DNA from: Candidatus Ornithospirochaeta stercoripullorum
GTDB lineage: Bacteria; Spirochaetota; Spirochaetia; Sphaerochaetales; Sphaerochaetaceae
Assembly: GCA_017694595.1 (NCBI GenBank)
Contig: JADIMT010000069.1
Span: 8,713-72,712, forward strand
DNA length: 64,000 bases
Direction of reading: 5' to 3'
Shown here: piece by piece, positions 1-9,150 of the stretch
Numbering within the stretch: the first letter of the stretch is position 1
Layout of the letters: every line of letters begins with the position of its first letter
Notes under the pieces: model-generated
Told to the model about the DNA's origin: nothing
Database searches by the model: none
What the model saw: only the letters and a program-made list of their open reading frames with translations
Translations under genes and position numbers: made by a program

Positions 1-267
1 ATGGGGAATGTTGTTGCAACAGTCGGGCTGCTCAACAGAACCATAGTCCATCCAAGAGAAGTCTTCTCAGAGCCTCTCAAGCAAAGAGTCGCGGCAATAG
101 CCATCGCGCATAATCATCCATCAGGCAATGTTCTTCCCTCCGAAGATGACAAAGATGTGACACAACGCTTGAAGAAATGCGGAGATATCCTTGGAATAAA
201 GATCCTCGACCACATCGTCTTCTCAGATGATAAATACTACTCATTTCTGGAACATGGGATATTGTGA
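1..267 (+). CDS. radC: RadC-like JAB/MPN domain protein, C-terminal part (5' end probably outside the window)
   Basis: The translation contains the JAB signature HNHPSG and a conserved RadC-type C-terminus (ILDHIVF..YYSF). The ATG at position 1 is probably an internal Met. Confidence 0.8.
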   Translation: MGNVVATVGLLNRTIVHPREVFSEPLKQRVAAIAIAHNHPSGNVLPSEDDKDVTQRLKKCGDILGIKILDHIVFSDDKYYSFLEHGIL

Positions 268-513
268 AGATCCTCCTTCTCAATACCATAAATGCACGCC
301 ACCCAAGTTCGGCAACTTTGAAAGTTCTTGTATAGGTTAAATCTAGGAGAATAAAGACTATAGAGAAATTAAGTTTTATTATGAACACCACTTGTTAATA
401 GACAGTGGGATATACTGTAAAAGCAACCAACAATTACTATCCTCGCTATCCTCTTTCTGCCATGTATAGCTGAAAAAGATGGCTTAGAAAGGAAGTTTGG
501 AGAATGTGGCCAG

Positions 514-1365
514 TCAATCTATGTTCCTTGTATACCTGCAATCAGGATATCTGGAACAGCCTAAGAAACGGGAACCAGAATTTGGACCTTTCTTTGCTGT
601 TCTTACGACAAGAGGTGCGCCACAACGAGGGCAAAGTCCTTTCTCAAGCCGTTCTTCCTTTTCTGCAAGCCGCTGATAGATCTTCTCTACATGATGGGTG
701 CTATCAGTACCGTAAGAGAGTTGTAATAGCTTAGTGCGAATATCATTTATTTCGTTCTCGGAGAGGCTACCTTTATACACAGAATCAATTTCACGTATCT
801 TACGATTAAGATTGCTTTCGTAAAGCACATACACACCTAGTGAGTTAAATGTAACGTCCTTGAATTCAGCTTCATCACTGAAAACTATAAGTGAATGAAT
901 AGGACCTTTATACCATTTTAAATTTTTCCTGAGACAAGAAATATGTGAGGCATTTTGCCGGATTGGATTGTATAGTCTATTCTTTGTTGAACCTTCCCTG
1001 GTACCTTTGTATAGCACTTGGGTCCAGTACTGATTGTTCTCATTACCGAATATCCAGCCTTTGTAGTTCTTCATCTCAATGACATAAATTCCACTAGGAG
1101 CAATTATAAGTTCATCAATTTGAGAGGTACTACCATCTGGCCAAGGCAGATACAGATTTCTCATTGGGATTGCTTTGATACTAGCGCAAATCCAGTCAAC
1201 AATATGGAAAACCTCCAATTCACCTCTCCGCCCCTTTTCTTCGACACTTTCAGTAAATCGTATTGGTGAACAGTTGCTTTTCTGCGAGCTATTGCTGTCT
1301 GAAGATTTGGCTATCATCCTCACTAACAGAATAATGATAATGGAAACTATAAGAAGAATACCCAT
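514..1365 (-). CDS. NERD domain protein with an N-terminal TM helix and a C-terminal topoisomerase-type C4 zinc ribbon
   Basis: The N-terminus is hydrophobic (GILLIVSIIIILLV). The NERD-like core reads GELEVFHIV...DELIIAPSGIYVIEMKNYKGWIFG. The C-terminus CPRCGAPLVVR...FLGCSRYPDCRY is the topo IA-like zinc finger. The gene is visibly more AT-rich than its neighbours. Confidence 0.75.
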   Translation of the reverse strand: MGILLIVSIIIILLVRMIAKSSDSNSSQKSNCSPIRFTESVEEKGRRGELEVFHIVDWICASIKAIPMRNLYLPWPDGSTSQIDELIIAPSGIYVIEMKNYKGWIFGNENNQYWTQVLYKGTREGSTKNRLYNPIRQNASHISCLRKNLKWYKGPIHSLIVFSDEAEFKDVTFNSLGVYVLYESNLNRKIREIDSVYKGSLSENEINDIRTKLLQLSYGTDSTHHVEKIYQRLAEKEERLEKGLCPRCGAPLVVRTAKKGPNSGSRFLGCSRYPDCRYTRNID

Positions 1366-1400
1366 TCTGCATTCACCCTCCGGCTGGCTACTCTTATCTC

Positions 1401-1712
1401 TTAACAGTCCTTCTGTTCATTGAATATTCTCTGAACTCGAATTCGAATTTCTATTTCTGCTCTATGCCTTATTCTAGCTTTCGTAGCTATGCGGATATCA
1501 CAAGAACCAAGAATTCTTCCATCTTCCACTGCCACGACAGAGAACGAACCAGAACTGATTGAACTCTTGATGAATGCAAGCTCATCTTCCTCTGTCATCG
1601 AACCAGCATCCTCAAAAGAACATGCAAGATTATCTGTCTCCGAGACAACAGCTCTGAAAAAATCAAGGAATGCGGCAGCGTCCCCTTCGCCGACAAATCT
1701 ATATTCAACCAT
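1401..1712 (-). pseudogene. GNAT-family N-acetyltransferase, 3'-truncated remnant
   Basis: The N-terminal half is GNAT-like up to the beta4 region (VAVEDGRILGSCDI...RHRAEIEI). The frame then diverges and stops before the acetyl-CoA binding Q/RxxGxG/A motif. The NERD gene starts 36 nt downstream. Confidence 0.5.
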
Positions 1713-1968
1713 TGTTCTTCCTCGTTTTATTCGTTGATTATATTAATCAATGGCAAGATTGCAATGCAGGGACTGACGAATCCGACAAAGGAGTTCTTTC
1801 TCTTGTTATGCTTTGCAGATCTTTCTGAAATCTTGTTTCTCATACAGCAAACATCAAGCTCCCTCCGCAGAACAAATTATAAACGCTGCCTGTCACTAAG
1901 CCATTACAGGGCAAGTCTCGGATTTTGCCAATCATCTTAATTTTCAGAATTAATAGCGATTTCAGACA

Positions 1969-4041
1969 ATGCGTCGTATCATCGTACATATGGATACAAG
2001 ACTTAACCCATTATTCACACCTTGGAAGATAGGCAACTGTGAGATAAAGAACAGAATCGTTCTTACCAGCATGGGAGGAACGGACCTTTTCGGATGGATG
2101 GAGAAAAACCATTTTGATAAAGATGGTGCCAGATTCATCATGAATGTCGCTGAAAACAATGTAGGCCTTATACTCCCAGGTTGCCAGCCAATCTACAATC
2201 CGATGTTCGGACAGTGGCTGCATAAGAACAAAAAGATGTATAAAGACCTTGCTGGATGGATGCCGGAGTTTCATGCAACAGGCGCAAAGCTTTTCATCCA
2301 GCTGACAGCAGGATTCGGACGTTCATTCACAATAAGTCCGATGATGGAAATGCTATATACGACTCCAGTGATAAAGACATTGTCAAAACCATTTATGAAT
2401 CTCGACAGAATCACTGCTTCGGCAAGCCCATCCCCTAACCGCTGGTCTGATAAAGTTCCATCGAGGGAGATGACAAAAGATGAGATCAAGGAAATGATCC
2501 ATTCCTTCGCTGAAAGTTCTAGGATGCTGATGGATGCAGGCGTTGATGGAGTTGAAATCCACGCTGTGCATGAAGGTTATCTTCTGGATCAGTTCACACT
2601 GCCATATGTCAACAAACGAACTGATGAGTATGGTGGTTCAATGGAGAACAGATACCGCTTTGCAATCGAAATTGTTCAGGCAATCAAAGAGAAATGTGGA
2701 AAGGATTTCCCAGTGTCACTACGATACAGCGTTATCTCAAAAACAAAGGGATTCAGAGAAGGCGCGCTTCCTGGAGAGGATTATAAAGAAGCCGGAAGGG
2801 ATATGGCAGAGTCGGAAAAAGCTGCAAAGCTGCTTGAGAAAGCTGGTTATGATATGCTCAATTGCGACAATGGCACATACGATGCATGGTACTGGGCACA
2901 TCCTCCAATCTACATGCCTGAAAACTGTAATCTTGCAGATGTTGAGCATATAAAGGATTTTGTCGACATCCCCGTCGTAGCGGCAGGAAGGCTTGATCCA
3001 TATGTCGCAGCTGAATCCATCAGAAATGGCAAGCTTGATGGAGCTGGTTTTGCAAGGCAGTTCCTTGCAGATCAGGAATGGGTCACAAAAATGATGGAGG
3101 ACAGAGCAGATGACATAAGACCATGCATACTCTGCCACAATGGATGTTTCAATATGTGCCACTATAAAGGCGTACCCAATGAGCAGGATCTCATGGACAG
3201 CTTGCATTTGGCTCGCTGCGCAGTCAACGCAGAGACGATGCAATGGAAAAAGCATCGCATAGTGAAGACCACAGCTCCCAAGACCGTTGCAATCATAGGA
3301 GGTGGTATCGGAGGAATGGAAGCGGCAAGAGTATTGAAACTCAGAGGCCATAATCCTGTCATTTATGAAAAGAACAGCGAACTTGGTGGTGTGTTTATCG
3401 CGGCAAGCGCGGAATCATACAAAGGAAAGCTCAGAGATCTCCTTGCTTGGTACAGAACGCAAATGAACAAGCTCGGCATCGATATCAAACTCAATACTGA
3501 AATAAAGGATATCTCTGCAATCAAAGCCGATGAAGTCGTAATTGCTACAGGAGCCAAAGCTAGAAAACTCAATATACCCGGCTTTGACAAGGCAATTGAA
3601 GCATGTGAATATCTTTCAGGAAAAGAAGTCGGAAAGTCTGTCGCAGTTATCGGAGGAGGCTTGACTGGATGTGAAATCGCTTATGAGCTTGCCCTTGAAG
3701 GAAAGGATGTCAGCATCATCGAGATGAAGGATGATCTCATTGCCCAAAAAGGCGTATGCCTTGCGAATAGTTCCTATCTGAGAGAATGGTTTGCCCTCCA
3801 CAAGACACCTGTCTATCTTGAATCTGCGGTAAAGGAAATAAAGGACACTTCTGTTGTGATTACCATGAAGGATGGAAGCGAGAAGGAAATCACTGCAGAG
3901 AGTACAATATGCAGTATCGGTTATATTCCAGCTCCTCTTGTTCCAGCAAAAGGCAAGGTCCATCTTGTCGGCGACTGCCTGAATGTAGGCAATCTCAGAA
4001 GCGTTATCTGGAGAGCATACGAAGTGGCAATGAAAATATGA
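1969..4041 (+). CDS. Old-yellow-enzyme family NAD(P)H:flavin oxidoreductase (2,4-dienoyl-CoA reductase / enoate reductase type) with a C-terminal FAD/NAD(P) domain
   Basis: It has an N-terminal OYE TIM-barrel (KNRIVLTSMG, GVEIHAVHEGYLLDQF). A Cys cluster RPCILCHNGC...C follows, then Rossmann motifs IIGGGIGG and VIGGGLTG. The start may be the ATG at 1990 (MDTRLNPLF), which has TATCAT 7 nt upstream and no SD. Confidence 0.85.
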   Translation: MRRIIVHMDTRLNPLFTPWKIGNCEIKNRIVLTSMGGTDLFGWMEKNHFDKDGARFIMNVAENNVGLILPGCQPIYNPMFGQWLHKNKKMYKDLAGWMPEFHATGAKLFIQLTAGFGRSFTISPMMEMLYTTPVIKTLSKPFMNLDRITASASPSPNRWSDKVPSREMTKDEIKEMIHSFAESSRMLMDAGVDGVEIHAVHEGYLLDQFTLPYVNKRTDEYGGSMENRYRFAIEIVQAIKEKCGKDFPVSLRYSVISKTKGFREGALPGEDYKEAGRDMAESEKAAKLLEKAGYDMLNCDNGTYDAWYWAHPPIYMPENCNLADVEHIKDFVDIPVVAAGRLDPYVAAESIRNGKLDGAGFARQFLADQEWVTKMMEDRADDIRPCILCHNGCFNMCHYKGVPNEQDLMDSLHLARCAVNAETMQWKKHRIVKTTAPKTVAIIGGGIGGMEAARVLKLRGHNPVIYEKNSELGGVFIAASAESYKGKLRDLLAWYRTQMNKLGIDIKLNTEIKDISAIKADEVVIATGAKARKLNIPGFDKAIEACEYLSGKEVGKSVAVIGGGLTGCEIAYELALEGKDVSIIEMKDDLIAQKGVCLANSSYLREWFALHKTPVYLESAVKEIKDTSVVITMKDGSEKEITAESTICSIGYIPAPLVPAKGKVHLVGDCLNVGNLRSVIWRAYEVAMKI

Positions 4042-4049
4042 AAGCAAAC

Positions 4050-4069
4050 GGGCTGGGGTCATCCAGCCC
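4050..4069. terminator. Hairpin between convergent genes (GGGCTGG-6 nt-CCAGCCC)
   Basis: A 7 bp GC-rich stem lies between the OYE stop (4041) and the AcnX small-subunit stop (4075). A T-rich tract (GTTTGCTTTCATATTTTC) follows only on the minus strand. Confidence 0.45.
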
Positions 4070-4074
4070 ATGCT

Positions 4075-4524
4075 TCACCGATCAACGGTTACTGTCCCAT
4101 CTTCACTTACAGTTATCCTATCCCCGCTCTGAACGTAAGCGAGGAACTCTTCTCCTAGCTTATCGACTGTGGGCATAGAGTTTTCCGTCCATACATCAGC
4201 AAGTATTGCCCCGGCTGCAGCAAGTGAATCAATCTCCTTGGAAAACAGAAGGCAAGCAGGCTGCCTGGACATGCATGCAGCTGTATAAAGGACAAGTCCT
4301 CCCGTAGTCGAGCCAATTGTCTGAGGCATGCACAGAGCCTTTCCTGCCATCGGTTGCTTATAGAGATCCGGATTATTCTGATCAGAGCATTTACCTGTTT
4401 TATCGCCAAACATCAATGAATGCTGATAACTTGCAAGTGTGTTGAAACCTTCTTTCGAGACGAGAGCTTCTGCACTTACATTCCCTTTCACCACTGCTCT
4501 GCCTTTAAAGACCCTGCTACTCAT
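4075..4524 (-). CDS. Aconitase X swivel-domain subunit (DUF126)
   Basis: It has the DUF126 pattern (GRAVVKGNVSAEALVS...GFNTL..., GSTTGG, LAAAGAI). Its start overlaps the upstream DUF521 gene by 4 nt. Confidence 0.8.
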   Translation of the reverse strand: MSSRVFKGRAVVKGNVSAEALVSKEGFNTLASYQHSLMFGDKTGKCSDQNNPDLYKQPMAGKALCMPQTIGSTTGGLVLYTAACMSRQPACLLFSKEIDSLAAAGAILADVWTENSMPTVDKLGEEFLAYVQSGDRITVSEDGTVTVDR

Positions 4525-5789
4525 CTTGCACCTCCCGTGATGATTTTCAGAAGCTCCTCTTCCTTATAATACTTAGCGGAAGTATATGTCCTGAGCTTAT
4601 TAGAACATGTGATTACAGGCATCGAAGCACACATTGGATTATTCATATACATAAGCGGACAAATATGGCTGAGGACAACTCCAGAGTCTGTAAGCCGTTT
4701 CGCTTTCGCGCTTTTCTTGAATTTCTCCATTACAGCAGGAGCTGCCGTCATCACAGTCTTTACCGCCACTTTGCTTCGTCCGCTTGAACGGAGCGCTTGG
4801 TCAATTCTATCGCTCCATGAATCAAGCTGATCAGCGGAAAGGTGCGGACAGCCTATGAAAGCAAGCTTAGGAGTTGCATTCTTATCCTTCCAGATTACAG
4901 GATAGCTGCGCTCAGTTGCCTCCAGTGTGCTGTCGTCAATGATGAATGTCTTGAAGTTCTCCTTCAGAAGCCCTCTTCCCTGCTTCATTGCCTCAGGAGT
5001 AAGCCCTTCTATGTGGTATAGCCCCACAGCACCATTGGAAGCTGTAGCTGCACCAAAATCCTTTAGATATGCCTTTGCTTCATCATCAAGTGCCGTGAAA
5101 TACTTATCAAGGCCAGTGATATACGGAACATCCTCCATGACTTTCATCCCGATTGCGGACCCAAGCAGCTGGGCCTCTGGCTTACTGGTAGTTCTTACTT
5201 CAATAAGCCAGTCAGCTTTTCTGCCTTCATCAGTCAGAAGCCCAAAATACGGTACACAGCCAACAATTGACCCGAAGAGATCGAGAATACCACTGTTTCT
5301 GTTGCATCTGGCACCAAGCACACTGTTGGCATATACAACAGCAGAGCTTTCTGCCCATGAAAGGATGTCACCCTCATTTGGAATATTCCCCACCTCATCC
5401 ATATAGCATGTGCAGGTGTATGCATCATCTGAGAGAATACCAAGCGCCTTGAGCTGCTTGTCATAATCAGCCTGTTTCGAATACATGACGCTGAAGAAGA
5501 TTGACTGTATCAGATTTTTTGGCACACAGGCTTCAAGAGGGCGTGGATCAACAGAGAACTTCTGAGATGACAACGCACCGCCTTCTATGAGTGTATCCAT
5601 GAGATCATAAACTGGCTTCATTACAGACAATCCGAAACTTGTTACGAGATGGCCATATTTGCCAGTGATATCAACCATCTTAGGAGCTCCGAATGTCTCT
5701 CCGTACATTATGAGGGTCTTCATGACCTTCGCTTTGACATCCCCTTCCTTTCCGTCGAGGATATCCTGCTGTCTTTTTGTCAGTTCCAT
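4521..5789 (-). CDS. Aconitase X catalytic subunit (DUF521)
   Basis: The N-terminus LTKRQQDILDGKEGDVKAKVMKTLIMYGETFGAPKMVDIT is typical of DUF521/AcnX large subunits. At 422 aa it is paired with the DUF126 gene. Confidence 0.8.
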   Translation of the reverse strand: MELTKRQQDILDGKEGDVKAKVMKTLIMYGETFGAPKMVDITGKYGHLVTSFGLSVMKPVYDLMDTLIEGGALSSQKFSVDPRPLEACVPKNLIQSIFFSVMYSKQADYDKQLKALGILSDDAYTCTCYMDEVGNIPNEGDILSWAESSAVVYANSVLGARCNRNSGILDLFGSIVGCVPYFGLLTDEGRKADWLIEVRTTSKPEAQLLGSAIGMKVMEDVPYITGLDKYFTALDDEAKAYLKDFGAATASNGAVGLYHIEGLTPEAMKQGRGLLKENFKTFIIDDSTLEATERSYPVIWKDKNATPKLAFIGCPHLSADQLDSWSDRIDQALRSSGRSKVAVKTVMTAAPAVMEKFKKSAKAKRLTDSGVVLSHICPLMYMNNPMCASMPVITCSNKLRTYTSAKYYKEEELLKIITGGAR

Positions 5790-5881
5790 ATATCAGATGA
5801 TAGCATATATGTACTGAAACAAAACTGCGAATATGGCAACAGAAAGAGACTGATATACAGTGGCAAGAAGCTTCATAGATT

Positions 5882-6475
5882 TTAGATTAGTTCTACTCCG
5901 AGGCCTTTCACGATATCTAAAGCCTGAGAGACATCAATCTTTGCTCCTTTCAGCTCCTTGTATCCTTCTGATAGCGAAATTGCAGAGAGCGAAGAGGATG
6001 TGAGGTTTACGGAAGCCAGTGATGTCTGGCGGAAATCAGAACGGGAAAGATTGCACGATGAAAGCTCAAGCTTTTTATGGATGAGAGAGGCAAATGATGA
6101 ATCTGGGAAATCTGAGTCAGTTATGACAACGTCTTCCAGCGCTGATTTATCGAAGGAAACATAGCGTCCAGCAGAACTTTCAACTATCGTTCTTCTCAAA
6201 CGCGATGAATAGAAAACAGTTCCAGTGAGCTTGCAATGCGTAAAACGTACACGCAAAAGCGATGATGAAGAGAAATCTGCATTAGAGAAATCACACGAGT
6301 CAAAAACTGTATCAGTGATAACTGAATTCGAGAAATCTGCACAATTGAAGCGCACTGAAGAGAAAGAAGAATCCCTGATGATACCATCAGAGAAATCTTT
6401 ACCTGAATAATCAGTTTCTTTTTCTGCAAGCTCTGTCGCTTCCCCTTCTTCAAGAAGCGCAGCTATGAGATCCAT
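5882..6475 (-). CDS. Pentapeptide-repeat protein, Qnr/MfpA-like size and C-terminus
   Basis: The protein is 197 aa of A(D/N)LxX-type repeats (CADFSNSVITDTVFDSCDFSNADFSSSSL...). The C-terminus is LKGAKIDVSQALDIVKGLGVELI. Its ATG overlaps the hisIE stop (TAATG). Confidence 0.85.
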   Translation of the reverse strand: MDLIAALLEEGEATELAEKETDYSGKDFSDGIIRDSSFSSVRFNCADFSNSVITDTVFDSCDFSNADFSSSSLLRVRFTHCKLTGTVFYSSRLRRTIVESSAGRYVSFDKSALEDVVITDSDFPDSSFASLIHKKLELSSCNLSRSDFRQTSLASVNLTSSSLSAISLSEGYKELKGAKIDVSQALDIVKGLGVELI

Positions 6476-7083
6476 TAACGGGAATGCCTCTCTTTCAAAA
6501 CATCAATCACTTCCGATAGAGTTGCATCTTTCTGGGCGAGAAGAACAAGGAAATGATAGATCAAATCAGCACATTCACCTAAGAAGAGTGACTTGTCATC
6601 ATCCTTGGAGGCAATAACAAGTTCAACAGCCTCTTCTCCTACTTTCTGGGCAATTCTGTTCAATCCTCTTGAGAAAAGATGGTTTGTATACGAACCTTCA
6701 ACAGGATTCGCTCGTCTGTCATGGATAACTGATTCAAGATAGAACAGGAATTCCGGTGAAGAGACTTCCGTAGGCTGGTTATCCTCACCAAAACAAGTAT
6801 CGGCACCAGTATGGCATACAGGACCTGATGGGATTGCTTTCACTAAAAGCGTATCGCCATCGCAATCGGCAAGAATCTCTCTCACTTGCAGGAAATTGCC
6901 GCTAGTCTCTCCTTTTGTCCAGATTCTGCCCCTTGAGCGTGAGAAGAATGTCACAAGCCCGCGATCAAGTGTAAGCTTATATGCTTCCTCATTCATATAG
7001 CCAAGCATAAGCACTTTTCTTGTTACAGCATCCTGAACAATGGCAGGAACAAGTCCGCCGCCCTTCTCGAAATCGATTGTCAT
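6475..7083 (-). CDS. hisIE: Bifunctional phosphoribosyl-AMP cyclohydrolase / phosphoribosyl-ATP pyrophosphatase
   Basis: The HisI core is LVPAIVQD...WTKGETSGN...DCDGDTLL...CHTG. It is followed by a HisE helix bundle (SYTNHLF...KVGEEAVE). Confidence 0.9.
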   Translation of the reverse strand: MTIDFEKGGGLVPAIVQDAVTRKVLMLGYMNEEAYKLTLDRGLVTFFSRSRGRIWTKGETSGNFLQVREILADCDGDTLLVKAIPSGPVCHTGADTCFGEDNQPTEVSSPEFLFYLESVIHDRRANPVEGSYTNHLFSRGLNRIAQKVGEEAVELVIASKDDDKSLFLGECADLIYHFLVLLAQKDATLSEVIDVLKERHSR

Positions 7084-7094
7084 ATGCCTCCCCT

Positions 7095-7856
7095 CTACCT
7101 GACAGGTATCCCTGATTGCCTCAGATAATCTTTCAACTCCGGTATATCTATCTCATGGAAGTGGAATACAGAAGCAGCAAGAGCCGCATCAGCTTTCCCT
7201 TCCTCAAAGATTTCTTTGAAATCCGCCATCTTCCCGGCACCACCAGAAGCTATGACGGGAATATCAATATTACTGCTGATTATCTTAGTTAAGTCAACAG
7301 CAAAGCCATCTCTGGTTCCATCCTTATCCATAGATGTCAGAAGTATTTCGCCGGCGCCACGCGCTGAAGCTTCTTTCGCCCACTCAAGCGCATCTTTACC
7401 AGCAGGGGTCCTTCCACCATCTACAAAAGCTTCAAAGCCGGAAGGGAATGCACAATTTGCTTTCGCATCCAGCGCAAGCACTATGCATTGGGAGCCAAAG
7501 CGTGAAGCAAGCTTATCAATAATTTCTGGATTACGCAAAGCAGCAGAATTGATGGAGATCTTATCAGCACCGGCACCAAGGAGCCTGGCAACATCATCCT
7601 CCCCTTTTATACCACCTCCGACTGTAAACGGGATGGAGGTGGAAAGAGCTACCGATCTTACAAGGTCCTCCATAGTCCTTCTGTTCTCGACAGTGGCTGT
7701 TATATCAAGGAAAACCAGCTCATCAGCCCCATGCGATGAATAGTACTCAGCATTCTCAAGCGCTGATCCAGCATCTCTGAGATTGACGAAGTTTATCCCT
7801 TTGACAGTTCTGCCATCCTTCACATCAAGGCATGGTATTATTCGTCTTGCGAGCAT
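7095..7856 (-). CDS. hisF: Imidazole glycerol phosphate synthase cyclase subunit
   Basis: [16 protein letters not shown]...ELVFLDITA...GGGI...ASGGAG is a canonical HisF. Confidence 0.95.
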   Translation of the reverse strand: MLARRIIPCLDVKDGRTVKGINFVNLRDAGSALENAEYYSSHGADELVFLDITATVENRRTMEDLVRSVALSTSIPFTVGGGIKGEDDVARLLGAGADKISINSAALRNPEIIDKLASRFGSQCIVLALDAKANCAFPSGFEAFVDGGRTPAGKDALEWAKEASARGAGEILLTSMDKDGTRDGFAVDLTKIISSNIDIPVIASGGAGKMADFKEIFEEGKADAALAASVFHFHEIDIPELKDYLRQSGIPVR

Positions 7857-8563
7857 TCAGCCTCCTTCATCTCTTCTATTGTAATCCGATTCTCATAATA
7901 TGCCTTCCCGACAATCGCGGCAAAAAGCCCTGCTTTTTTCAGTTCCAGCAGATCAGACACTGAAGAAACACCACCAGAAGCAACCAGATGCAATGCAGGA
8001 AGCTTTGAGAGTATCATTTTATAGAGCTCAATAGCAGGTCCGGAGAGCATGCCATCGCGCGAGATATCTGTAACAACAGCTTCCTTTACGCCAGAGGCGA
8101 GAAAACGGGAGATGAATTCAACACCATCTGCAGCAGTCTCTTCCATCCATCCTGATACTGCGACTTTCCCGTCTTTCAAATCTGCAGAGAGTATGATACG
8201 TCCAGGCCACTCTGAATTCCAGGAAAGGACCTCGCCCGGCTTCTTGAACGCAGCAGAACCTACATTTACATAGCTTGCACCAGATTCGAAAGCGCTGATG
8301 AGAGATGTTCTGCTCCTTATACCACCGCCAAAATCAATCGTGAGCGATGTCCTTGACGCTATTTTATCAAGGATAGCAAGATTATTGCCTCTACCCGCCG
8401 CTGCATCCAAATCTACCAGATGAAGGCGTTCAAGCCCTCCATCCTCAAAGGCTTTGGCAACATCAAGCGCATCGCGATTATAATCTGTCTTGCGCTTGTA
8501 ATCACCTTCAGAGAGTCGTACCGGACGCCCGTCTATGAGATCAATTGCTGGAATGACTTTCAT
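7838..8563 (-). CDS. hisA: ProFAR isomerase
   Basis: [15 protein letters not shown]...LHLVDLDAA...GGGIRS...ASGGVSS. It sits between hisH and hisF. Confidence 0.9.
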   Translation of the reverse strand: MKVIPAIDLIDGRPVRLSEGDYKRKTDYNRDALDVAKAFEDGGLERLHLVDLDAAAGRGNNLAILDKIASRTSLTIDFGGGIRSRTSLISAFESGASYVNVGSAAFKKPGEVLSWNSEWPGRIILSADLKDGKVAVSGWMEETAADGVEFISRFLASGVKEAVVTDISRDGMLSGPAIELYKMILSKLPALHLVASGGVSSVSDLLELKKAGLFAAIVGKAYYENRITIEEMKEAECSQDE

Positions 8564-9150
8564 AGATCCTCCAAGAAACAGCGCAGCATCCGCTCCCCCT
8601 CGCTTCCGCTTTTCTCTGGATGGAACTGCATACCGTGGAAATTTGCAAAAGAAAGAGAAGCTGAGAAATCAAGATCGTCATAATTGCAGACAGCTGTAGT
8701 ATCTGATGAGAGAGGTACATAATAAGAATGAACGAAATAGACATAAGCATTCTCATCAGTGTTTCTATACAGAGGTCCTTTAAGTTTGGAAATCGTATTC
8801 CATCCTACATGAGGAATCTTATAACCCGATGAACGAGGAAAAGCTTTCACCGTCTCAGGGAAGATGCCTAAGCACTTCGTGTCACCTTCCTCTGACGATG
8901 AACACATAAGCTGCATACCAAGGCAGATCCCTAAAAACGGCTGCTTAAGCGATCTGATTACATCGGCAAGTCCCGTCCTGTTCAGATACTCCATCGCGGA
9001 AGAAGCCTCCCCGACTCCAGGAAAGATTACTTTATCAGCATGCTTGATGAGAGCTTCATCATCTGTCAGTACAGCCTCATGCCCCAAGCGTGAAAGAGCA
9101 TTCATAACAGACAGTACATTTCCTGCATTATAACGTATTACAGCAATCAT
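8560..9150 (-). CDS. hisH: Imidazole glycerol phosphate synthase glutaminase subunit
   Basis: It is a class I amidotransferase with GICLGMQL (catalytic Cys), VPHVGWN and FHPEKS. Confidence 0.9.
   Translation of the reverse strand: MIAVIRYNAGNVLSVMNALSRLGHEAVLTDDEALIKHADKVIFPGVGEASSAMEYLNRTGLADVIRSLKQPFLGICLGMQLMCSSSEEGDTKCLGIFPETVKAFPRSSGYKIPHVGWNTISKLKGPLYRNTDENAYVYFVHSYYVPLSSDTTAVCNYDDLDFSASLSFANFHGMQFHPEKSGSEGERMLRCFLEDL

Noticed and set aside
453-491. Imperfect hairpin (CTTTCTGCCAT ... ATGGC-TT-AGAAAG) between the convergent RadC and NERD genes
   Set aside because: It has a 15-nt loop, a bulged stem and no U-tract on either strand. That is not convincing as a terminator.
7216-7743. 175-aa plus-strand ORF, with similar antisense ORFs at 2737-3351, 12625-12921, 40498-40998 and 62768-63214
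   Set aside because: All lie opposite genes with unambiguous family signatures (hisF, OYE, hisG, ecfA1, hydB). They show the biased composition expected of antisense frames.
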